From the human T2T-CHM13v2.0 reference genome, Homo sapiens, in assembly GCF_009914755.1 (NCBI RefSeq), contig NC_060933.1: 64,000 nt of DNA, one strand, 5' to 3'. A program made the translations under genes and the position numbers. Positions 1-12,800 of this stretch are shown here, piece by piece. Position 1 is the first letter of the stretch; every line of letters begins with the position of its first letter. Under the pieces are notes generated by a model that saw only the letters and a program-made list of their open reading frames with translations, was not told the origin of the DNA and did no database searches.

Positions 1-275
1 ATGTTTGCATTCAAGTCACAGAACTGAACATTCCCTTTCATAGAGCAGGTTTGAAACACTCTTTCTGTAGTATCTGCAAGCGGACGTTTTAAGCGCTTTC
101 AGGCCTGTGGTGAGAAAGGAAATATCTTCAAATAAAAACTAGACAGAAGCATTCTCAGAAACTTATTTGCGATGTGTGTCCTCAACTAACAGAGTTGAAC
201 CTTTCTTTTGATACAACATTTTGGAAACACTCTTTTTGTAGAATCTGCAAGTGGATATTTGGATACCTTTGAGGA

Positions 276-292
276 TTTCGTTGGACACGGGA
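276..292 (+). promoter_or_regulatory. Variant CENP-B box with intact core (once per HOR)
   Basis: TTTCGTTGGACACGGGA; the A>C change falls in a non-essential position. Confidence 0.85.
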
Positions 293-445
293 TATCTTCA
301 TATAAAATCTAGACAGAAGCATTCTCAGAAACTTCTTTGTGCTGTATGTCCTCAATTAACAGAGTTGAACCTTTGTGTGGATACAGCATTTTGGAAACAT
401 TCCTTTAGTAGAATCTGCAAGTTGATATTTAGATAGCTAGGAAGA

Positions 446-462
446 TTTCCTTGGAAACGGGA
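446..462 (+). promoter_or_regulatory. Degenerate CENP-B box (once per HOR)
   Basis: TTTCCTTGGAAACGGGA; TTCG>TTCC removes an essential G, so it is predicted not to bind. Confidence 0.85.
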
Positions 463-787
463 ATATCTTCATATAAAATCTAGACGGAAGCATTCTCAGA
501 AAGTGCTTTGTGATGTTTGCATTCAAGTCACAGAGTTGAATATTCCCTTTTATAGAGCAGGTTTGAAACACTCTTTCTGCACTACCTGGAAGTGGACATT
601 TGGAGCGCTTTGAGGCCTATGTTGAAAAAGGAAATATCTTCCCATAAAAACTAGACAGAAGCATTCTCAGAAACTTGTTTGTGATGTGTGTATTCAACTA
701 ACAGAGATGAACCTTTCTTTTTACAGAGCAGTTTTGAAACACTCTTTTTGTGGAATCTGAAAGTGGATATTTGGATAGCTTTGAGGA

Positions 788-804
788 TTTCGTTGGAAAC
801 GGGA
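788..804 (+). promoter_or_regulatory. Canonical CENP-B box (representative; recurs about every 340 bp, normally 7 intact boxes per 15-mer)
   Basis: TTTCGTTGGAAACGGGA matches the established core nTTCGnnnnAnnCGGGn. Confidence 0.97.
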
Positions 805-3800
805 TTACATATAAAACCTAGAGAGAAGCATTCTCAGGAACTTCTTTGTGATGTTTGCATTCAAGTCACAGAACTGAACATTCCCTTTCATAGAGCAGGT
901 TTGAAACACTCTTTCTGTAGTATCTGCAAGCTGACGTTTCAAGCGCTTTCAGGCCTATGGTGAGAAAGGAAATATCTTGAAGTAAAAACTAGACAGAAGC
1001 ATTCTCAGAAACTTATTTGCCATGTGTGTTCTCAACTAACAGAGTTGAACCTTTGTGTGGATACGGCATTTTGGAAACACTCTTTTTGTAGAATCTGCAG
1101 GTGGATATTCGGATAGCTTTGAAGGTTTCGTTGGAAACGGGAATATCTTCATATAAAATCTAGACGGAAGCATTCTCAGAAACTGCTTTGTGATGTTTTC
1201 ATTCAAGTCACAGAGTAGAATGTTCCCTGTTATATACCAGGTTTGAGACACTCTTTCTGCACTACCTGGAAGTGGACGTTTGGAGCGCTTTGAGGCCTAT
1301 GTTGAAAAAGGAAATATCTTCCCATAAAAACTAGACAGAAGCATTCTCAGAAACTTGTTTGTGATGTGTGTATTCAACTAACAGAGATGAACCTTTCTTT
1401 TTACAGAGCAGTTTTGAAACACTCTTTTTGTGGAATCTGAAAGTGGATATTTGGATAGCTTTGAGGATTTCGTTGGAAACGGGATTACATATAAAACATA
1501 GAGAGAAGCATTCTCAGGAACTGCTTTGTGATGTTTGCATTCAAGTCACAGAACTGAACATTCCCTTTCATAGAGCAGGTTTGAAACACTCTTTCTGTAG
1601 TATCTGCAAGCTGACGTTTCAAGCGCTTTCAGGCCTATGGTGAGAAAGGAAATATCTTCAAGTAAAAACTAGACAGAAGCATTCTCAGAAACTTATTTGC
1701 GATGTGTGTTCTCAACTAACAGAGTTGAACCTTTGTTTTGATATGGCATTTTGGAAACACTCTTTTTGTAGAATCTGCAGGTGGATATTCGGATAGCTTT
1801 GAAGGTTTCGTTGGAAACGGGAATATCTTCATATAAAATCTAGACGGAAGCATTCTCAGAAACTGCTTTGTGATGTTTTCATTCAAGTCACAGAGTAGAA
1901 TGTTCCCTGTTATATACCAGGTTTGAGACACTCTTTCTGCACTACCTGGAAGTGGACATTTGCAGCGCTTTGAGGCCTATGATGAAAAAGGAAATATCTT
2001 CCCATAAAAACTAGACAGAAGCATTCTCAGAAACTTGTTTGTGATGTGTGTATTTAACTAACAGAGATGAACCTTTCTTTCTACAGAGCAGTTTTGAAAC
2101 ACTCTTTTTGTGGAATCTGAAAGTGGATATTTGGATAGCTTTGAGGATTTCGTTGGAAACGGGATTACATATAAAATCTAGAGAGAAGCATTCTCAGGAA
2201 CTTCTTTGTGATGTTTGCATTCACGTCACAGAACTGAACATTCCCTTTCATAGAGCATGTTTGAAACACTCTTTCTGTAGTATCTGCAAACGGACATTTC
2301 AAACGCTTTCAGGCCTATGGTGAGAAAGGAAATATCTTCAAATAAAAACTAGACAGAAGCATTCTCAGAAACTTATTTGCGATGTGTGTCCTCAACTAAC
2401 AGAGTTGAACCTTTCTTTTGATATAACATTTTGGAAACACTCTTTTTGTAGAATCTGCAAGTGGATATTTGAATAGCTTTGAAGGTTTCGTTGGAAACGG
2501 GAATATCTTCATATAAAATCAAGACAGAAGCATTCTCAGAAACTTCTCTGTGATGTTTGCATTCAACTCATAGAGTTGAACACTTCCCTTCATACAGCAG
2601 GTTTGAAACACTCTTTTTCTAATATTTGGAAGTGGACATTTGCAGCGCTTTGAGGCCTATGTTGAAAAAGGAAATATCTTCTCCTAAAAACCAGACAGAA
2701 GCATTCTCAGAAACTTCCTTGTGATGTGTGTACTCAAGTAACAGAGTTGAACCTTCCTTTTGACAGAGCAGTTTTGAAGCACTCTTTTTGTAGAATCTGC
2801 AAGTGGATATTTTGATACCTTTGAGGATTTCGTTGGACACGGGATATCTTCATATAAAATCTAGACAGAAGCATTCTCAGAAACTTCTTTGTGCTGTATG
2901 TCCTCAATTAACAGAGTTGAACCTTTGTGTGGATACAGCATTTTGGAAACATTCCTTTAGTAGAATCTGCAAGTTGATATTTAGATAGCTAGGAAGATTT
3001 CCTTGGAAACGGGAATATCTTCATATAAAATCTAGACGGAAGCATTCTCAGAAAGTGCTTTGTGATGTTTGCATTCAAGTCACAGAGTTGAATATTCCCT
3101 TTTATAGAGCAGGTTTGAAACACTCTTTCTGCACTACCTGGAAGTGGACATTTGGAGCGCTTTGAGGCCTATGTTGAAAAAGGAAATATCTTCCCATAAA
3201 AACTAGACAGAAGCATTCTCAGAAACTTGTTTGTGATGTGTGTATTCAACTAACAGAGATGAACCTTTCTTTTTACAGAGCAGTTTTGAAACACTCTTTT
3301 TGTGGAATCTGAAAGTGGATATTTGGATAGCTTTGAGGATTTCGTTGGAAACGGGATTACATATAAAACCTAGAGAGAAGCATTCTCAGGAACTTCTTTG
3401 TGATGTTTGCATTCAAGTCACAGAACTGAACATTCCCTTTCATAGAGCAGGTTTGAAACACTCTTTCTGTAGTATCTGCAAGCTGACGTTTCAAGCGCTT
3501 TCAGGCCTATCGTGAGAAAGGAAATATCTTCAAGGAAAAACTAGACAGAAGCATTCTCAGAAACTTATTTGCCATGTGTGTTCTCAACTAACAGAGTTGA
3601 ACCTTTGTTTTGATACGGCATTTTGGAAACACTCTTTTTGTAGAATCTGCAGGTGGATATTCGGATAGCTTTGAAGGTTTCGTTGGAAACGGGAATATCT
3701 TCATATAAAATCTAGACGGAAGCATTCTCAGAAACTGCTTTGTGATGTTTTCATTCAAGTCACAGAGTAGAATGTTCCCTGTTATATACCAGGTTTGAGA

Positions 3801-6800
3801 CACTCTTTCTGCACTACCTGGAAGTGGACGTTTGGAGCGCTTTGAGGCCTATGTTGAAAAAGGAAATATCTTCCCATAAAAACTAGACAGAAGCATTCTC
3901 AGAAACTTGTTTGTGATGTGTGTATTCAACTAACAGAGATGAACCTTTCTTTTTACAGAGCAGTTTTGAAACACTCTTTTTGTGGAATCTGAAAGTGGAT
4001 ATTTGGATAGCTTTGAGGATTTCGTTGGAAACGGGATTACATATAAAACCTAGAGAGAAGCATTCTCAGGAACTGCTTTGTGATGTTTGCATTCAAGTCA
4101 CAGAACTGAACATTCCCTTTCATAGAGCAGGTTTGAAACACTCTTTCTGTAGTATCTGCAAGCTGACGTTTCAAGCGCTTTCAGGCCTATGGTGAGAAAG
4201 GAAATATCTTCAAGTAAAAACTAGACAAAAGCATTCTCAGAAACTTATTTGCCATGTGTGTTCTCAACTAACAGAGTTGAACCTTTCTGTGGATACGGCA
4301 TTTTGGAAACACTCTTTTTGTAGAATCTGCAGGTGGATATTCGGATAGCTTTGAAGGTTTCGTTGGAAACGGGAATATCTTCATATAAAATCTAGACGGA
4401 AGCATTCTCAGAAACTGCTTTGTGATGTTTTCATTCAAGTCACAGAGTAGAATGTTCCCTGTTATATACCAGGTTTGAGACACTCTTTCTGCACTACCTG
4501 GAAGTGGACGTTTGGAGCGCTTTGAGGCCTATGTTGAAAAAGGAAATATCTTCCCATAAAAACTAGACAGAAGCATTCTCAGAAACTTGTTTGTGATGTG
4601 TGTATTCAACTAACAGAGATGAACCTTTCTTTCTACAGAGCAGTTTTGAAACACTCTTTTTGTGGAATCTGAAAGTGGATATTTGGATAGCTTTGAGGAT
4701 TTCGTTGGAAACGGGATTACATATAAAACCTAGAGAGAAGCATTCTCAGGAACTTCTTTGTGATGTTTGCATTCACGTCACAGAACTGAACATTCCCTTT
4801 CATAGAGCATGTTTGAAACACTCTTTCTGTAGTATCTGCAAACGGACATTTCAAACGCTTTCAGGCCTATGGTGAGAAAGGAAATATCTTCAAGTAAAAA
4901 GTAGACAGAAGCATTCTCAGAAACTTATTTGCGATGTGTGTCCTCAACTAACAGAGTTGAACCTTTCTTTTGATACAACATTTTGGAAACACTCTTTTTG
5001 TAGAATCTGCAAGTGGATATTTGGATAGCTTTGAAGGTTTCGTTGGAAACGGGAATATCTTCATATAAAATCAAGACAGAAGCATTCTCAGAAACTTCTC
5101 TGTGATGTCTGCATTCAACTCATAGAGTTGAACACTTCCCTTCATACAGCAGGTTTGAAACACTCTTTTTCTAATATTTGGAAGTGGACATTTGCAGCGC
5201 TTTGAGGCCTATGTTGAAAAAGGAAATATCTTCTCCTAAAAACCAGACAGAAGCATTCTCAGAAACTTCCTTGTGATGTGTGTACTCAAGTAACAGAGTT
5301 GAACCTTCCTTTTGACAGAGCAGTTTTGAAGCACTCTTTTTGTAGAATCTGCAAGTGGATATTTTGATACCTTTGAGGATTTCGTTGGACACGGGATATC
5401 TTCATATAAAATCTAGACAGAAGCATTCTCAGAAACTTCTTTGTGCTGTATGTCCTCAATTAACAGAGTTGAACCTTTGTGTGGATACAGCATTTTGGAA
5501 ACATTCCTTTAGTAGAATCTGCAAGTTGATATTTAGATAGCTAGGAAGATTTCCTTGGAAACGGGAATATCTTCATATAAAATCTAGACGGAAGCATTCT
5601 CAGAAAGTGCTTTGTGATGTTTGCATTCAAGTCACAGAGTTGAATATTCCCTTTTATAGAGCAGGTTTGAAACACTCTTTCTGCACTACCTGGAAGTGGA
5701 CATTTGGAGCGCTTTGAGGCCTATGTTGAAAAAGGAAATATCTTCCCATAAAAACTAGACAGAAGCATTCTCAGAAACTAGTTTGTGATGTGTGTATTCA
5801 ACTAACAGAGATGAACCTTTCTTTTTACAGAGCAGTTTTGAAACACTCTTTTTGTGGAATCTGAAAGTGGATATTTGGATAGCTTTGAGGATTTCGTTGG
5901 AAACGGGATTACATATAAAACCTAGAGAGAAGCATTCTCAGGAACTTCTTTGTGATGTTTGCATTCAAGTCACAGGACTGAACATTCCCTTTCATAGAGC
6001 AGGTTTGAAACACTCTTTCTGTAGTATCTGCAAGCTGACGTTTCAAGCGCTTTCAGGCCTATGGTGAGAAAGGAAATATCTTCAAGTAAAAACTAGACAG
6101 AAGCATTCTCAGAAACTTATTTGCCATGTGTGTTCTCAACTAACAGAGTTGAACCTTTGTTTTGATACGGCATTTTGGAAACACTCTTTTTGTAGAATCT
6201 GCAGGTGGATATTCGGATAGCTTTGAAGGTTTCGTTGGAAACGGGAATATCTTCATATAAAATCTAGACGGAAGCATTCTCAGAAACTGCTTTGTGATGT
6301 TTTCATTCAAGTCACAGAGTAGAATGTTCCCTGTTATATACCAGGTTTGAGACACTCTTTCTGCACTACCTGGAAGTGGACATTTGCAGCGCTTTGAGGC
6401 CTATGATGAAAAAGGAAATATCTTCCCATAAAAACTAGACAGAAGCATTCTCAGAAACTTGTTTGTGATGTGTGTATTCAACTAACAGAGATGAACCTTT
6501 CTTTTTAAAGAGCAGTTTTGAAACACTCTTTTTGTGGAATCTGAAAGTGGATATTTGGATAGCTTTGAGGATTTCGTTGGAAACGGGATTACATATAAAA
6601 TCTAGAGAGAAGCATTCTCAGGAACTTCTTTGTGATGTTTGCATTCACGTCACAGAACTGAACATTCCCTTTCATAGAGCATGTTTGAAACACTCTTTCT
6701 ATAGTATCTGCAAACGGACATTTCAAACGCTTTCAGGCCTATGGTGAGAAAGGAAATATCTTCAAATAAAAACTAGACAGAAGCATTCTCAGAAACTTAT

Positions 6801-9800
6801 TTGCGATGTGTGTCCTCAACTAACAGAGTTGAACCTTTCTTTTGATACAACATTTTGGAAACACTCTTTTTGTAGAATCTGCAAGTGGATATTTGAATAG
6901 CTTTGAAGGTTTCGTTGGAAACGGGAATATCTTCATATAAAATCAAGACAGAAGCATTCTCAGAAACTTCTCTGTGATGTTTGCATTCAACTCATAGAGT
7001 TGAACACTTCCCTTCATACAGCAGGTTTGAAACACTCTTTTTGTAATATTTGGAAGTGGACATTTGCAGCGCTTTGAGGCCTATGTTGAAAAAGGAAATA
7101 TCTTCTCCTAAAAACCAGACAGAAGCATTCTCAGAAACTTCCTTGTGATGTGTGTACTCAAGTAACAGAGTTGAACCTTCCTTTTTACAGAGCAGTTTTG
7201 AAACACTCTTTTTGTGGAATCTGAAAGTGGATATTTGGATAGCTTTGCGGATTTCGTTATAAACGGGATTACATATAAAATCTAGGGAGAAGCATTCTCA
7301 GGAACTTCTTTGTGATGTTTGCATTCAAGTCACAGAACTGAACATTCCCTTTCATAGAGCAGGTTTGAAACACTCTTTCTGTAGTATCTGCAAGCGGACG
7401 TTTTAAGCGCTTTCAGGCCTGTGGTGAGAAAGGAAATATCTTCAAATAAAAACTAGACAGAAGCATTCTCAGAAACTTATTTGCGATGTGTGTCCTCAAC
7501 TAACAGAGTTGAACCTTTCTTTTGATACAACATTTTGGAAACACTCTTTTTGTAGAATCTGCAAGTGGATATTTGGATAGCTTTGAAGGTTTCGTTGGAA
7601 ACGGGAATATCTTCATATGAAATCAAGACAGAAGCATTCTCAGAAACTTCTCTGTGATGTTTGCATTCAACTCATAGAGTTGAACACTTCCCTTCATACA
7701 GCAGGTTTGAAACACTCTTTTTCTAATATTTGGAAGTGGACATTTGCAGCGCTTTGAGGCCTATGTTGAAAAAGGAAATATCTTCTCCTAAAAACCAGAC
7801 AGAAGCATTCTCAGAAACTTCCTTGTGATGTGTGTACTCAAGTAACAGAGTTGAACCTTCCTTTTGACAGAGCAGTTTTGAAGCACTCTTTTTGTAGAAT
7901 CTGCAAGTGGATATTTTGATACCTTTGAGGATTTCGTTGGACACGGGATATCTTCATATAAAATCTAGACAGAAGCATTCTCAGAAACTTCTTTGTGCTG
8001 TATGTCCTCAATTAACAGAGTTGAACCTTTGTGTGGATACAGCATTTTGGAAACATTCCTTTAGTAGAATCTGCAAGTTGATATTTAGATAGCTAGGAAG
8101 ATTTCCTTGGAAACGGGAATATCTTCATATAAAATCTAGACGGAAGCATTCTCAGAAAGTGCTTTGTGATGTTTGCATTCAAGTCACAGAGTTGAATATT
8201 CCCTTTTATAGAGCAGGTTTGAAACACTCTTTCTGCACTACCTGGAAGTGGACATTTGGAGCGCTTTGAGGCCTATGTTGAAAAAGGAAATATCTTCCCA
8301 TAAAAACTAGACAGAAGCATTCTCAGAAACTTGTTTGTGATGTGTGTATTCAACTAACAGAGATGAACCTTTCTTTTTACAGAGCAGTTTTGAAACACTC
8401 TTTTTGTGGAATCTGAAAGTGGATATTTGGATAGCTTTGAGGATTTCGTTGGAAACGGGATTACATATAAAACCTAGAGAGAAGCATTCTCAGGAACTTC
8501 TTTGTGATGTTTGCATTCAAGTCACAGAACTGAACATTCCCTTTCATAGAGCAGGTTTGAAACACTCTTTCTGTAGTATCTGCAAGCTGACGTTTCAAGC
8601 GCTTTCAGGCCTATCGTGAGAAAGGAAATATCTTCAAGGAAAAACTAGACAGAAGCATTCTCAGAAACTTATTTGCCATGTGTGTTCTCAACTAACAGAG
8701 TTGAACCTTTGTTTTGATACGGCATTTTGGAAACACTCTTTTTGTAGAATCTGCAGGTGGATATTCGGATAGCTTTGAAGGTTTCGTTGGAAACGGGAAT
8801 ATCTTCATATAAAATCTAGACGGAAGCATTCTCAGAAACTGCTTTGTGATGTTTTCATTCAAGTCACAGAGTAGAATGTTCCCTGTTATATACCAGGTTT
8901 GAGACACTCTTTCTGCACTACCTGGAAGTGGACGTTTGGAGCGCTTTGAGGCCTATGTTGAAAAAGGAAATATCTTCCCATAAAAACTAGACAGAAGCAT
9001 TCTCAGAAACTTGTTTGTGATGTGTGTATTCAACTAACAGAGATGAACCTTTCTTTTTACAGAGCAGTTTTGAAACACTCTTTTTGTGGAATCTGAAAGT
9101 GGATATTTGGATAGCTTTGAGGATTTCGTTGGAAACGGGATTACATATAAAACCTAGAGAGAAGCATTCTCAGGAACTGCTTTGTGATGTTTGCATTCAA
9201 GTCACAGAACTGAACATTCCCTTTCATAGAGCAGGTTTGAAACACTCTTTCTGTAGTATCTGCAAGCTGACGTTTCAAGCGCTTTCAGGCCTATGGTGAG
9301 AAAGGAAATATCTTCAAGTAAAAACTAGACAAAAGCATTCTCAGAAACTTATTTGCCATGTGTGTTCTCAACTAACAGAGTTGAACCTTTCTGTGGATAC
9401 GGCATTTTGGAAACACTCTTTTTGTAGAATCTGCAGGTGGATATTCGGATAGCTTTGAAGGTTTCGTTGGAAACGGGAATATCTTCATATAAAATCTAGA
9501 CGGAAGCATTCTCAGAAACTGCTTTGTGATGTTTTCATTCAAGTCACAGAGTAGAATGTTCCCTGTTATATACCAGGTTTGAGACACTCTTTCTGCACTA
9601 CCTGGAAGTGGACGTTTGGAGCGCTTTGAGGCCTATGTTGAAAAAGGAAATATCTTCCCATAAAAACTAGACAGAAGCATTCTCAGAAACTTGTTTGTGA
9701 TGTGTGTATTCAACTAACAGAGATGAACCTTTCTTTCTACAGAGCAGTTTTGAAACACTCTTTTTGTGGAATCTGAAAGTGGATATTTGGATAGCTTTGA

Positions 9801-12800
9801 GGATTTCGTTGGAAACGGGATTACATATAAAACCTAGAGAGAAGCATTCTCAGGAACTTCTTTGTGATGTTTGCATTCACGTCACAGAACTGAACATTCC
9901 CTTTCATAGAGCATGTTTGAAACACTCTTTCTGTAGTATCTGCAAACGGACATTTCAAACGCTTTCAGGCCTATGGTGAGAAAGGAAATATCTTCAAGTA
10001 AAAAGTAGACAGAAGCATTCTCAGAAACTTATTTGCGATGTGTGTCCTCAACTAACAGAGTTGAACCTTTCTTTTGATACAACATTTTGGAAACACTCTT
10101 TTTGTAGAATCTGCAAGTGGATATTTGGATAGCTTTGAAGGTTTCGTTGGAAACGGGAATATCTTCATATAAAATCAAGACAGAAGCATTCTCAGAAACT
10201 TCTCTGTGATGTCTGCATTCAACTCATAGAGTTGAACACTTCCCTTCATACAGCAGGTTTGAAACACTCTTTTTCTAATATTTGGAAGTGGACATTTGCA
10301 GCGCTTTGAGGCCTATGTTGAAAAAGGAAATATCTTCTCCTAAAAACCAGACAGAAGCATTCTCAGAAACTTCCTTGTGATGTGTGTACTCAAGTAACAG
10401 AGTTGAACCTTCCTTTTGACAGAGCAGTTTTGAAGCACTCTTTTTGTAGAATCTGCAAGTGGATATTTTGATACCTTTGAGGATTTCGTTGGACACGGGA
10501 TATCTTCATATAAAATCTAGACAGAAGCATTCTCAGAAACTTCTTTGTGCTGTATGTCCTCAATTAACAGAGTTGAACCTTTGTGTGGATACAGCATTTT
10601 GGAAACATTCCTTTAGTAGAATCTGCAAGTTGATATTTAGATAGCTAGGAAGATTTCCTTGGAAACGGGAATATCTTCATATAAAATCTAGACGGAAGCA
10701 TTCTCAGAAAGTGCTTTGTGATGTTTGCATTCAAGTCACAGAGTTGAATATTCCCTTTTATAGAGCAGGTTTGAAACACTCTTTCTGCACTACCTGGAAG
10801 TGGACATTTGGAGCGCTTTGAGGCCTATGTTGAAAAAGGAAATATCTTCCCATAAAAACTAGACAGAAGCATTCTCAGAAACTAGTTTGTGATGTGTGTA
10901 TTCAACTAACAGAGATGAACCTTTCTTTTTACAGAGCAGTTTTGAAACACTCTTTTTGTGGAATCTGAAAGTGGATATTTGGATAGCTTTGAGGATTTCG
11001 TTGGAAACGGGATTACATATAAAACCTAGAGAGAAGCATTCTCAGGAACTTCTTTGTGATGTTTGCATTCAAGTCACAGGACTGAACATTCCCTTTCATA
11101 GAGCAGGTTTGAAACACTCTTTCTGTAGTATCTGCAAGCTGACGTTTCAAGCGCTTTCAGGCCTATGGTGAGAAAGGAAATATCTTCAAGTAAAAACTAG
11201 ACAGAAGCATTCTCAGAAACTTATTTGCCATGTGTGTTCTCAACTAACAGAGTTGAACCTTTGTTTTGATACGGCATTTTGGAAACACTCTTTTTGTAGA
11301 ATCTGCAGGTGGATATTCGGATAGCTTTGAAGGTTTCGTTGGAAACGGGAATATCTTCATATAAAATCTAGACGGAAGCATTCTCAGAAACTGCTTTGTG
11401 ATGTTTTCATTCAAGTCACAGAGTAGAATGTTCCCTGTTATATACCAGGTTTGAGACACTCTTTCTGCACTACCTGGAAGTGGACATTTGCAGCGCTTTG
11501 AGGCCTATGATGAAAAAGGAAATATCTTCCCATAAAAACTAGACAGAAGCATTCTCAGAAACTTGTTTGTGATGTGTGTATTCAACTAACAGAGATGAAC
11601 CTTTCTTTTTACAGAGCAGTTTTGAAACACTCTTTTTGTGGAATCTGAAAGTGGATATTTGGATAGCTTTGAGGATTTCGTTGGAAACGGGATTACATAT
11701 AAAATCTAGAGAGAAGCATTCTCAGGAACTTCTTTGTGATGTTTGCATTCACGTCACAGAACTGAACATTCCCTTTCATAGAGCATGTTTGAAACACTCT
11801 TTCTGTAGTATCTGCAAACGGACATTTCAAACGCTTTCAGGCCTATGGTGAGAAAGGAAATATCTTCAAATAAAAACTAGACAGAAGCATTCTCAGAAAC
11901 TTATTTGCGATGTGTGTCCTCAACTAACAGAGTTGAACCTTTCTTTTGATACAACATTTTGGAAACACTCTTTTTGTAGAATCTGCAAGTGGATATTTGA
12001 ATAGCTTTGAAGGTTTCGTTGGAAACGGGAATATCTTCATATAAAATCAAGACAGAAGCATTCTCAGAAACTTCTCTGTGATGTTTGCATTCAACTCATA
12101 GAGTTGAACACTTCCCTTCATACAGCAGGTTTGAAACACTCTTTTTGTAATATTTGGAAGTGGACATTTGCAGCGCTTTGAGGCCTATGTTGAAAAAGGA
12201 AATATCTTCTCCTAAAAACCAGACAGAAGCATTCTCAGAAACTTCCTTGTGATGTGTGTACTCAAGTAACAGAGTTGAACCTTCCTTTTTACAGAGCAGT
12301 TTTGAAACACTCTTTTTGTGGAATCTGAAAGTGGATATTTGGATAGCTTTGCGGATTTCGTTATAAACGGGATTACATATAAAATCTAGGGAGAAGCATT
12401 CTCAGGAACTTCTTTGTGATGTTTGCATTCAAGTCACAGAACTGAACATTCCCTTTCATAGAGCAGGTTTGAAACACTCTTTCTGTAGTATCTGCAAGCG
12501 GACGTTTTAAGCGCTTTCAGGCCTGTGGTGAGAAAGGAAATATCTTCAAATAAAAACTAGACAGAAGCATTCTCAGAAACTTATTTGCGATGTGTGTCCT
12601 CAACTAACAGAGTTGAACCTTTCTTTTGATACAACATTTTGGAAACACTCTTTTTGTAGAATCTGCAAGTGGATATTTGGATAGCTTTGAAGGTTTCGTT
12701 GGAAACGGGAATATCTTCATATGAAATCAAGACAGAAGCATTCTCAGAAACTTCTCTGTGATGTTTGCATTCAACTCATAGAGTTGAACACTTCCCTTCA

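Noticed and set aside
300-312. TATAAAA TATA-like motifs after the CENP-B boxes
   Set aside because: This is a standard part of B-type monomers. Promoter activity cannot be supported from sequence alone.
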